NCBI GenBank assembly: GCA_043809315.1
Contig: JAZDDX010000026.1
Coordinates: forward strand, 10,792 to 74,791
Origin: Pseudomonadota bacterium
GTDB taxonomy: Bacteria; Bdellovibrionota_G; JALEGL01; DATDPG01
Direction of reading: 5' to 3'
DNA length: 64,000 bases
Translations under genes and position numbers: made by a program
Notes under the pieces: model-generated
Seen by the model: the letters and a program-made list of their open reading frames with translations, nothing else
What the model was told of the DNA's origin: nothing
Databases searched by the model: none
Shown here: one piece after another, positions 43,377 through 54,319 of the stretch
Layout: every line of letters begins with the position of its first letter
How positions within the stretch are numbered: position 1 is the stretch's first letter

Positions 43377-43829
43377 TTGTTATCGCAGCGTCGGATATCC
43401 GCCCGTCGGCTTCAGCCAAACGGCCGCAAAGTCCCAAAGGTTTATTTCTTCGACGCCGCTGCGGCCCAGGGGCCGAACACAGGGGGTGCCAAACTCGAAA
43501 ATGTGGTGGCCTGCGCTTTGTTTAAATTCGTTCATTCCCAGCAGAACGGATTCGGGAAGAACCATTTCCTTCATTACTTTCGGGACCGAGAAAAGCGGGA
43601 GGTCGATTTCGTCGTCACGCTCAATCGGAAACCTCACTGGTGCATCGAGGTAAAATCAAACGATGACGCCCTTCATCTGCCTCTCCGGTACCTTCACGAA
43701 CGACCCCGTCCCCGCCGATCGATCCAGTTAATCCGCGGACTAAAGAGAGAGTGGGAGAAGGACGGCGTCGAGGGGCGGAATCTCGAGCGTTGGCTCGATC
43801 AACTAAACGTCGGGCCTAGTGGAGCGTGA
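43377..43829 (+). pseudogene. Remnant of a DUF4143-type AAA+ ATPase gene (C-terminal part only)
   Basis: The translation PKVYFFDAAAAQG...KLENVVACALFKFV...REKREVDFVVTL...WCIEVKSNDD matches the C-terminal DUF4143 region of the common ATP-binding-protein family. The whole N-terminal AAA domain is missing. GC is lower than in the flanks. Confidence 0.55.
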
Positions 43830-43835
43830 AGCTCT

Positions 43836-44243
43836 CTAACAACCCAGCGCTTTACAAAGCTTCTCGTGCTGCCCCGGATGCGCCCAGACGACCGTGAAGC
43901 ATCTCCCTCCGGTCGCGCCGGCCATCATCGACTCGATGTTGACGCCGGCCTCGGCGACCTTCTTCAGGATGTCGTGAACCGCCCCCGGCTGGTCCGTCGT
44001 ATCGACCCAACAGGCATCCCGGGCGACATAGCGTGATCCGGCCTGTTTGAAGATGTTCTCCGTCTTCTCGGGGTTGTCTCCGACGATGATCGCATGAGAG
44101 GTCATCGCTTCGCTCCAGAGCCAGGTTCCGATCAGGTTCGTCTTGGTTTCGCGGAACTGACCGAGGACACGGGCGATCTCCCCCGGCTTGTTGGTCAGAT
44201 CGATCATGAACGTTTTGATGTTTTTTGAGGTCGTTGCGGGCAT
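43836..44243 (-). CDS. ACT-domain-like small protein
   Basis: 135 aa made of two beta-alpha-beta-beta-alpha-beta-like halves (KPGEIARVLGQF... and QPGAVHDILKKVAEAGVNI). AGGAG lies 7 nt upstream. It is probably co-transcribed with clpB. Confidence 0.5.
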   Translation of the reverse strand: MPATTSKNIKTFMIDLTNKPGEIARVLGQFRETKTNLIGTWLWSEAMTSHAIIVGDNPEKTENIFKQAGSRYVARDACWVDTTDQPGAVHDILKKVAEAGVNIESMMAGATGGRCFTVVWAHPGQHEKLCKALGC

Positions 44244-44303
44244 CGGAATCTCCTTTTTCGCGGATTGGACTCCTTCCCCCGGCGGGTGTCAACAGCCCGT
44301 CTT

Positions 44304-46883
<2,580 letters not shown>

Positions 46884-46891
46884 ACAACGGC

Positions 46892-46920
46892 AATAAAGGG
46901 TCGGAAACCGACCTTGTCAA
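46892..46920 (-). promoter_or_regulatory. Putative promoter for clpB (leaderless geometry)
   Basis: Minus strand reads TTGACA (46920-46915), 17 nt spacer containing the inverted repeat GGTCGG-TTT-CCGACC, TTTATT (46897-46892), then 8 nt to ATG 46883. No Shine-Dalgarno. Confidence 0.45.
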
Positions 46921-46925
46921 CGCCC

Positions 46926-47312
46926 TTATCGCTTGGAACTCTCGACGAATCGCAGGCGGAGTTCGTAGAGGACCTGCTCCATCATCTCCGCTTCCTCGCC
47001 GACCAGGTTCCCTTTCGTCTTTTCGGCCAGCATCTCGAGAATATCGATGTCCTGCCGGGCGAGTTCTAAACTGACCCCTCTCTTTTTCGAGATCGGGTCC
47101 TCGACGAGTCCCAAATGAATCGCCGCGGACGTACTCAGAGACATCACGAATGCACTGAAATCAATCTGCCCTCCACCTGTCCGCGGCGCCTTGGGCGCTT
47201 CTTTTTTCGGCGGCGGAGTCGGTTCCGGTTTCCGAACCTCCTCCTCTTTCGTTTCCCCTCTCCGATCGCTGACGGAGAATCCCCGGTTTTCGGTTTCGTT
47301 CGAATCGCTCAC
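46926..47312 (-). CDS. DUF1844-family protein
   Basis: 128 aa with a GTG start overlapping the upstream TGA (GTGA). FSAFVMSLSTSAAIHLGL...LELARQDIDILEMLAEKTKGNL...LYELRLRF matches the DUF1844 pattern (from memory). Confidence 0.6.
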   Translation of the reverse strand: MSDSNETENRGFSVSDRRGETKEEEVRKPEPTPPPKKEAPKAPRTGGGQIDFSAFVMSLSTSAAIHLGLVEDPISKKRGVSLELARQDIDILEMLAEKTKGNLVGEEAEMMEQVLYELRLRFVESSKR

Positions 47313-48793
47313 GGCTTCCTCGCTTTCGAAGGGGTTGGGGTCGGAGTTGCCGGGACCGGTGTCGGTACCTTCAGCAGCTTCGATCCCTGGTTATGAAATG
47401 TCTCGAGATCGGACGTCGGAATTCGATACCAGATCCCCGATGGCTGCGCCAGGACCTCCGGCTCCCCTCCTTCCGCTGCGAACACCGAGATCGATTCTTT
47501 CCGGTCCCCTGCCGCCAGGCTGACCCGGAGCACCGGATGGGTCGATTTCACCGTCCCGCTCTTGCCGAGGTACTCCCTCGCCTTGAAGTTTCCCAGGTAC
47601 GAGAGGAAAGAGCCGATGCCGGCCTCATCCGCCTCGACACCGGCCGGTTTCGCCGCCGTCCACTTCTCCCCTTTTTTCCAAAGCTCCGTCCGGTCCCCCT
47701 CCCGATCGACCTCCACCGACGTGATCTTTGCCGACTCGAGGGTGAACGGACTCTTCGCAACGAACGAGTTGAAATTCTTCGAGAGCTTCTCTCGCATATA
47801 CGAGGCGATCGAAAAGATCTGCGGCAGGTCGAGTCGGCGGAGGGAAAACCCCTTCCCCGGATCATTCTCATCCCCACCGCCGGCGATCAACTCCTGCGTC
47901 TCCTTCCCCTGATTCGTTTCGATCTCGAGCGCAATCCTCGCGAACGGACGATCGAGGCTGAACTTTTTCGCATCCACTCCGGCGTTGTCGCTGGCGATTT
48001 CGGTCGCACGCAGTGACTTGAGCTCGTTCAGGAAGATGTCGACCGCCGATCCGTCCGCGCGGCTTCGGGTCGGCTCGAGAATCTCCCAAACCCCTTTAGC
48101 GTCGCGCCCGACGACCACCCGCTCTTTTTTCTTCCCCTTCACGACGTCAACGGTGATCTTTTTCACTTTCGTCGGTTCTTTGATCCCGATCACCTCTTTC
48201 TTCCGCCAGTCGGAAAACTTCCGGGTCCGGAGATAGTCGAGCGACATCCCCGCGAGATGGATCTTCGGGGAGGCAGAGGTCTGGACATAAATCCCGTTCG
48301 CCGCCGTGTTCGAGTCGCCGATCGAGACCGCGAGAAGCGGGTTCTTCTCCCCTTTTCCGAACAGCTCCACTTTGACTTTCGCCGGGACGAGACCGTACTC
48401 CGTCGGATGTTCCCCCGTCTCCGAAACGGTTTTCGATGCGGTCAGATCCTTGAGATTCGCGAGCAGCGTCGTCACTGCGAAGTGGTCCGGAAGGGTTTCG
48501 ACCGGTTCTACGATCCGCCACTCCGGCACGATCTCGAACTCCTCCGTGAACCGCGCAAACCGGTCCGTGAAATTCCCTTTGCCATCCTTCCGACGGCGCT
48601 CCAGCGTGACCGACCCGTCCGTTTCCGAAATGACGATGCGATCGACCTTTTCTAGGTCCAAGCTGACGATCGACTGCTCCTTCTTTTTTTCCCCTTCGGA
48701 CTTTTCCTGCCCCTTCCGATGCCCCCAGACGACGAAAAGAAGAGCGATCAATAGAAGAAATGCCCCGGCGATCTTCGCTAACTCCCGCTTCAT
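47309..48793 (-). CDS. DUF4340-like protein (partner of GldG-type ABC accessory proteins)
   Basis: Track ORF 47309..49420 trimmed to ATG 48793, 5 nt after the upstream stop. N-terminal anchor is MKRELAKIAGAFLLLIALLFVVW. The family call rests on position after a GldG-like gene and on the repeat-like beta-rich sequence. Confidence 0.6.
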   Translation of the reverse strand: MKRELAKIAGAFLLLIALLFVVWGHRKGQEKSEGEKKKEQSIVSLDLEKVDRIVISETDGSVTLERRRKDGKGNFTDRFARFTEEFEIVPEWRIVEPVETLPDHFAVTTLLANLKDLTASKTVSETGEHPTEYGLVPAKVKVELFGKGEKNPLLAVSIGDSNTAANGIYVQTSASPKIHLAGMSLDYLRTRKFSDWRKKEVIGIKEPTKVKKITVDVVKGKKKERVVVGRDAKGVWEILEPTRSRADGSAVDIFLNELKSLRATEIASDNAGVDAKKFSLDRPFARIALEIETNQGKETQELIAGGGDENDPGKGFSLRRLDLPQIFSIASYMREKLSKNFNSFVAKSPFTLESAKITSVEVDREGDRTELWKKGEKWTAAKPAGVEADEAGIGSFLSYLGNFKAREYLGKSGTVKSTHPVLRVSLAAGDRKESISVFAAEGGEPEVLAQPSGIWYRIPTSDLETFHNQGSKLLKVPTPVPATPTPTPSKARKP

Positions 48794-48798
48794 CCCGA

Positions 48799-50670
48799 TT
48801 ACCCCTTTCGGCGGCGATACCACCAGAGGTTGATCCCGAAGATCAGAACGAGCATCGGGATCGTCACGACCGCCACGTAGAAGACCATGTTGCTCTGTTC
48901 CGGGGTCAGGTCGATCATGGACGTCCGCAGCTGTTTTGGCCGGATCGAGATCTGCTCCACCGTCTCGCCGAGCCAATTGAACACGTTGAGCGTCAGATCG
49001 AAGTTGAACTCGTAGCTCCGGAGGTTCCCGTTCATCATGAAGTCGCTGTCCCCGATTACCACCAACTGCGTCTTCTTCCCGTCGGTCTCTTTTTCCGTCG
49101 CCATCGCGAACGGAATCGGCCCGATCCGGTCTTTCGGACCCGGCTTGACCTCTTGGCGCCGGAAAAGCGAATCGACATCCTCTTTCGTCCAGCTGGCATT
49201 GTTCCCCGCACTCTGGATCAACTCCGTCGTGAGAACGGCAAATCCCTCCGCTTTCTTGAGCGAGCGAACCGCGTCGAAGACGGTCTGTTTCCCCTTGAGC
49301 GGATCTACGATCGGATGGCTCCCGTAGTTGAACGCCTGAACCGTCAGGCCGGTTACCACCCCCCGTAACAGTTCGAGATGCGCTTCGAGGATGAAGTCGC
49401 GCCCGAGTTCGATCCCCCATTTCTTCGTCACGTTTTCAAGGCCGCTCTCTTGAACACTGATCCGCCCGGCCGCCATCCTTGGATCGGGAATCCGCGGGTC
49501 GAGCAGAAAGAACCCTTTTCCACCTCCGTCAAGATACTTCCCGACCGCCCCCGCCTCCGCATCCGTGAATCGCTGGAGTGGCCCGGCGATCACGATCATC
49601 GAGCAGCCGGCCGGTACTCCGCCGACGACCGACTCGATCGATTTGACCTTGATCCCCTCGTTCTCGAGCCCCTTCTTCAAGTAGCTCGCGCTCCGCGGGG
49701 AATCTTCGGCAGCGTCCACGCCGAGTTCGCCGTGACCCTTCGTGAAGCAAGCGGTCGGCGTGACGGTCCGGGCGACCTTCAGGATCGCCTGGGTCATCCC
49801 CTCCTCGGTTACCGCCTGCGTGACGTACGACTGGGTCCCGTACTCGATGACGATATCGCCGTCCTTCGCTTTGTGTTTCTCCGCGAGCAGCCTCTCCTTG
49901 TCCGGGTCGACGAACTTCGTCTCGACCTTCTTCGACCGGTACCCGTACATACCGAAGAGTTCTTTGAGCGCCGGCTTCTTCTCGTTCCGGTCGTCGAAGA
50001 AAGCGGTGATCCGGAGCGGTTCTTTCAACCCCTCGACCGCCTTCACCGATTGCTCGGCCAGCGTATTGACCTGGTTCTCCGTGAAATCTTTCTGCCAGTG
50101 GAAATCGGTCGACATGACGTTTGCGACGATGATCACGCCGATCGAAAGGACCGAGTAAATGACGGCGGTCGTGCCGTACCTCAACGATCGCTTCTCGAAC
50201 ATCTGTTTGAGTGCGATTCTTCCCAGATAGACGAAGATGCCGTTGTGGAGGAACGCGCAGGCCAGGACGCCATACCCGTACCCGCTCTTCTCCGCCGCGA
50301 AAACCACTCCTGCAAATGTCGCTCCGACAACCCCGGCGCCGATCCCGGCCGCCAGCATCCCCGCGTCGACGAACCCGGCCGCGAACAGGCCGAGCACGCT
50401 CACTCCCCCGGCCAACGACAATTTCCAGATAGCCCACTCTTTCCCCGCGATCAGGAAAATCCATGGCAGGTTGACGGCGACCAGAATGGCGACCAACCGT
50501 TGCCAGAGCCGGCTTAGGGTCGTCACGACGAAGGCCACCAGGAACGCGCACCCGGCGATCAAGAGCCCCCAGAAGAACCAGGTCGACACGTGGGTAAACG
50601 CGAACGCCAGCATTCCGGACAGGATCAGGATTCCGCCGGTAATTCCCAGACATTGGAAGATTACGTTCAT
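48799..50670 (-). CDS. GldG-like ABC-transporter accessory protein
   Basis: 623 aa with N-terminal and C-terminal TM spans flanking a large periplasmic region. It directly follows an ABC-2 permease and ATPase, as in gldA/F/G-type sets. Confidence 0.6.
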   Translation of the reverse strand: MNVIFQCLGITGGILILSGMLAFAFTHVSTWFFWGLLIAGCAFLVAFVVTTLSRLWQRLVAILVAVNLPWIFLIAGKEWAIWKLSLAGGVSVLGLFAAGFVDAGMLAAGIGAGVVGATFAGVVFAAEKSGYGYGVLACAFLHNGIFVYLGRIALKQMFEKRSLRYGTTAVIYSVLSIGVIIVANVMSTDFHWQKDFTENQVNTLAEQSVKAVEGLKEPLRITAFFDDRNEKKPALKELFGMYGYRSKKVETKFVDPDKERLLAEKHKAKDGDIVIEYGTQSYVTQAVTEEGMTQAILKVARTVTPTACFTKGHGELGVDAAEDSPRSASYLKKGLENEGIKVKSIESVVGGVPAGCSMIVIAGPLQRFTDAEAGAVGKYLDGGGKGFFLLDPRIPDPRMAAGRISVQESGLENVTKKWGIELGRDFILEAHLELLRGVVTGLTVQAFNYGSHPIVDPLKGKQTVFDAVRSLKKAEGFAVLTTELIQSAGNNASWTKEDVDSLFRRQEVKPGPKDRIGPIPFAMATEKETDGKKTQLVVIGDSDFMMNGNLRSYEFNFDLTLNVFNWLGETVEQISIRPKQLRTSMIDLTPEQSNMVFYVAVVTIPMLVLIFGINLWWYRRRKG

Positions 50671-50672
50671 GG

Positions 50673-51470
50673 CTACCTCCAGCTCACCGATTCAAGCGAC
50701 CGCTTCGTCAGGAACAAGAACAGGAAGATGATGCTCAGGAAATAGACGAGATCCCGCGTGTCGAGAACCCCGCGCAGCAGATTCTTCAGATGATCGGCCA
50801 CCGCGATGTACCTCACGAGATCCCCGATCAGCGTCCCCTCGGCGACCGAAATGAAGTTGATGATGAACATGAAGAGGACGATCACGAACGTCACCACCGC
50901 CGCGATGATTTGGTTCTCCGTGAGCGACGACGCGAAGAGGCCGATCGCCACCCCGCACCCCGCGAAGAGGACTACCCCCAGGTACCCCAGAACGACCGGG
51001 CCCGCCTCCGGGGAGGCGAGCTTGAAGAGGACGACTTGATAGGCAACCGTCGGGAGGAGCATCGCAACCAGGAACGCGAACGCCCCGAGAAACTTTCCCG
51101 CCAGGATCTCGTTGACCGTGAGCGGGGAAGTCAAGAGGAGTTCGTCGGTCTTCTGCCGTTTCTCCTCCGCGAACGACCGCATCATGATCAGCGGGAGCAG
51201 AAACAGAAAGACGAAAATCATGTTGAAGAGCGCCGGCGCGATCACCCATTCGTTCAGGTTCAGGCGGCTCAGCATCTCCGGGTTTTGATAGACCTGCATC
51301 ATGTTCCGCATGTAGCGGATCCGCTCCTGGAACCGGACCAAGCCAAAATGGAAGAAGTATCCCGACAATGTCAGGAAGATCATCATCACGACGTACGCGA
51401 TCGGCGAGACGAAGTAGTGTTTCAGCTCTTTCTGGACCAACGCCCAGGTGTTCGACAGGGTTCCCATCAT
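50673..51470 (-). CDS. ABC-2 type transporter permease
   Basis: Track ORF 50673..51845 trimmed to ATG 51470 (ATGA overlap with the ATPase stop). N-terminus is MMGTLSNTWALVQKELKHYFVSPIAYVV. It has six hydrophobic spans. Confidence 0.8.
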   Translation of the reverse strand: MMGTLSNTWALVQKELKHYFVSPIAYVVMMIFLTLSGYFFHFGLVRFQERIRYMRNMMQVYQNPEMLSRLNLNEWVIAPALFNMIFVFLFLLPLIMMRSFAEEKRQKTDELLLTSPLTVNEILAGKFLGAFAFLVAMLLPTVAYQVVLFKLASPEAGPVVLGYLGVVLFAGCGVAIGLFASSLTENQIIAAVVTFVIVLFMFIINFISVAEGTLIGDLVRYIAVADHLKNLLRGVLDTRDLVYFLSIIFLFLFLTKRSLESVSWR

Positions 51471-52201
51471 GCCACCTCCGCTTTCGGCTCCGATTCTTCT
51501 CTCGTGATCAGATCGACGAACAGTTCCTCGAGCGTCCGCTCCCTCGTCAGATCCGCGACGCCCCCCTCCAGGACGATCCGCCCGCGATTGATGATCACCG
51601 CCCGCTGGCAGACCATGGTCACTTCCGGGAGGATGTGCGTCGAGAGGATGATCGTGTGTTCCTTCGACAGCTCCCGGATCAGCTCCCGGATCTCGCGGAT
51701 CTGCCGGGGATCGAGACCGATCGTCGGCTCGTCGAGCACGAGAACCTCCGGCCGGTTGATGATCGCCTGCGCGAGCCCCACGCGCTGACGGAACCCCTTG
51801 GAGAGGTTTCCGATCACCCGTTTCCTCACTTCGCTCAGGCCGCATCGTCCGATCGCCCAGTCGAGCCGCTCGTTTCGATCCGCGGCAGGCACCCCTTTGA
51901 TCTTCATCACGAACTTCAGGTATGACGTCACGTTGAAGTCGGGGTAGAGCGGCGGGTGTTCCGGCAGGTACCCGATCCGTTTTTTCACCTCGAGCGGCTT
52001 CTCGAGGATGTCGAACCCCGCGATGATCGCCGTTCCGCTCGACGGGGGAAGCGCGCCCGTCAGCATCCGCATCGTCGTCGTCTTCCCGGCGCCGTTCGGC
52101 CCGAGAAACCCCAAGATCTTCCCCTTGTCCACGCGGAACGAGATCCCGTTCACCGCACGCAGTTCACCGTACGATTTCGAAAGATTCCGAGCTTCGATCA
52201 T
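51467..52201 (-). CDS. ABC transporter ATP-binding protein
   Basis: 244 aa. Walker A is GPNGAGKTT, the signature is LSKGFRQRV, Walker B is VLVLDEPT, and an H-loop is present (STHIL). Confidence 0.93.
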   Translation of the reverse strand: MIEARNLSKSYGELRAVNGISFRVDKGKILGFLGPNGAGKTTTMRMLTGALPPSSGTAIIAGFDILEKPLEVKKRIGYLPEHPPLYPDFNVTSYLKFVMKIKGVPAADRNERLDWAIGRCGLSEVRKRVIGNLSKGFRQRVGLAQAIINRPEVLVLDEPTIGLDPRQIREIRELIRELSKEHTIILSTHILPEVTMVCQRAVIINRGRIVLEGGVADLTRERTLEELFVDLITREESEPKAEVA

Positions 52202-52286
52202 CCGTCACCTCGATGCGTTAAACAAACCAAGAATTCCGCCGCTGTCAAGCCGCTGCGAAGGGGCGTATATTATACGAACTTCTTCG

Positions 52287-54260
52287 ATGTTGCCCTTTCC
52301 GCAGGCCCCCAGGAAAAAAAGGCCGAAATCGGGACCGCCGGATTTTCCGAAGGTGCCGCTTTCGGAGCTGAGCCGCCTTCGCCTCTTTCGCGATCTCCCG
52401 GAGGAACCGGTCCGGCTTCTCGAGGGTGCCGTACGCCGCGCAGCGGCAGTTCCGGACGAAACGATTCTGGAGATGATGCAGGAGGACGAACCGTTCCGCT
52501 ATTTCTTTTTCCTCGTCCAGGGACAAGTGAAGGTGGTCGGGTTCGACGACGAGGCGCGCCCCAAGGTGCTCAACTTCCTCCGAAAAGGAGAGTTCTTCGT
52601 CGACAAATCGATCACCTGGCGGGGACAGGTTTCGACCAAGGTCATCGCCATCACCGACGTCGAACTCTGGATCGTCCCGCGGGAGAGTCTCCGGAACCTG
52701 GCGCAGGAGTACCCGCCGTTCCACGAGATGGTTCTCCGTCTCGGGGACCGGATCGACTACCGGAACCGGATCTATACCGAAGACAAATACGCCCGCTCGG
52801 TTCTGGAGTTCCTGATCCGCACCGAACTCACGCAGGCCTCGAGTGTCAAGATCACACAGATGGACAAGTGCATCGAATGCGACACCTGTTATCAGGCGTG
52901 CGAGGACCGTCACGGCTTCCAGCGTCTCTCCCGCGGGTACGCCCGGTTCGGGATCCTCGATTTCGCCCAGAGCTGCATCACCTGCTTTTACCCCGCCTGC
53001 ATCCCCCCCTGCCCGGTGGATGCGATCGTGTTCAGTCCCAAGTCCGGCCAGGTCGAAATTCTCGACAATTGTATCGGGTGCGCCGCCTGCGCGCATGCTT
53101 GCCAATACGGCGCGATCCGGATGCACCGCACGATCGCCGGGGATTCGCGGTTCGCGCGATTCAAGCCGGAGAACCCGCGCGTTAAACTCAAGTTCGTCGC
53201 CGACAAGTGCGACCACTGCGACGGGTACGACGACATGACCTGCATCACGAGCTGTCCGACGGGGGCGATCATCGAGGTCGAGGCGACCGACCTCCTCGAG
53301 AACCCCAAGGTGTTCGGCGCCGACGAAGGGGGGCGGCGCTCCCTTCCCAGCATGACGGAGAGCGGCTGGTTCCGCTCCCTCCTGCAGGCGGGGTATGTCG
53401 CCGCGATCCTTTTCTTTGCGTCGCTCCTCGGTTGGGAAGCCCTCGCCCTCACCCGCTGGCCCGCCCTTTCCGTCCTCTCGACCCTTCAACGGGACCGCTT
53501 TGTCCCGGCTGACTTTACGATGAAGTTCGAGAAAGGTTCGGACCTCTGCGTCCTCCTGGGAAACGTCGGGTTCGTTCTGGTCCTCTTTTCGCTCCTCTAC
53601 CCATTCCGGAAGGCGTTCCCGCGATTGTTCAAGCATTTGGGGCGAAAACCGGTCTGGCTTGATTTTCACAACTCCTGCGGAATCTTGGGAACGATCTTCG
53701 TCTTGTTCCATACCGGGCTTTATTTTCCATTCGCCCCGGCGTCGTTCGCCTATCTCTCGCTGGTTCTCGTCATGTTGAGCGGGATCTTCGGCCGCTTCCT
53801 CTACATGACGATCCCCCGCGGCGTGGCGGGAACCGAACTCAAAATGCGCGACATCGAGGAGGAGGATGCGGCGATCACGCAAAAACTCGACGCCCTCTTC
53901 GGCGGTTCCGAGCGGCACCGCGCATGGGTGAACCGGATCGTCGCTTCTCTCACGCACGAGGCGGACGACGCCTCCTCCGTTCTCGCTCTGATCCGGGCCA
54001 TGATTCAGACTCGTCTTCTCCTTCTCCGCTTCCGGCTCCATCCTCCCGCGGAAGTTCGGGACCAGGGGCGCCAGATCGGCGTCTTCTTGCGTCTTCTCCA
54101 CCGGAAAATCCGTTTGGCCCGGAACGTCGCCTTCCTGGGGCTCACCTCCCGTCTCTTTGTCCGGTGGCAGTACGTCCACCGGCCGTTCGCTTACGCCCTC
54201 GGCGCGTTGGCGACCGGTCACGTGATCTATAATGTTCTTTACTTCAACTGGGGCGCCTGA
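52287..54260 (+). CDS. CAP-effector-like domain / four [4Fe-4S]-motif ferredoxin domain / C-terminal membrane domain protein
   Basis: Track ORF 52008..54260 trimmed to ATG 52287. The N-terminal cNMP-binding-like beta-roll (LFRDLPEEP...FFFLVQGQVKVVG...LRKGEFF) has a degenerate phosphate-binding cassette. Cys motifs: CIECDTCYQAC, CITCFYPACIPPCP, CIGCAACAHAC, CDHCDG-x7-CITSCP. The C-terminal ~300 aa have 5-6 TM spans, and two helices each carry H-x13-H (DFHNSCGILGTIFVLFH; VHRPFAYALGALATGH). Confidence 0.8.
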   Translation: MLPFPQAPRKKRPKSGPPDFPKVPLSELSRLRLFRDLPEEPVRLLEGAVRRAAAVPDETILEMMQEDEPFRYFFFLVQGQVKVVGFDDEARPKVLNFLRKGEFFVDKSITWRGQVSTKVIAITDVELWIVPRESLRNLAQEYPPFHEMVLRLGDRIDYRNRIYTEDKYARSVLEFLIRTELTQASSVKITQMDKCIECDTCYQACEDRHGFQRLSRGYARFGILDFAQSCITCFYPACIPPCPVDAIVFSPKSGQVEILDNCIGCAACAHACQYGAIRMHRTIAGDSRFARFKPENPRVKLKFVADKCDHCDGYDDMTCITSCPTGAIIEVEATDLLENPKVFGADEGGRRSLPSMTESGWFRSLLQAGYVAAILFFASLLGWEALALTRWPALSVLSTLQRDRFVPADFTMKFEKGSDLCVLLGNVGFVLVLFSLLYPFRKAFPRLFKHLGRKPVWLDFHNSCGILGTIFVLFHTGLYFPFAPASFAYLSLVLVMLSGIFGRFLYMTIPRGVAGTELKMRDIEEEDAAITQKLDALFGGSERHRAWVNRIVASLTHEADDASSVLALIRAMIQTRLLLLRFRLHPPAEVRDQGRQIGVFLRLLHRKIRLARNVAFLGLTSRLFVRWQYVHRPFAYALGALATGHVIYNVLYFNWGA

Positions 54261-54319
54261 TCCCCCTCCTTGGGTTTTTTCGTGACGCTCCAGGAACGAC
54301 TTCGTACGATGGAATCTCG

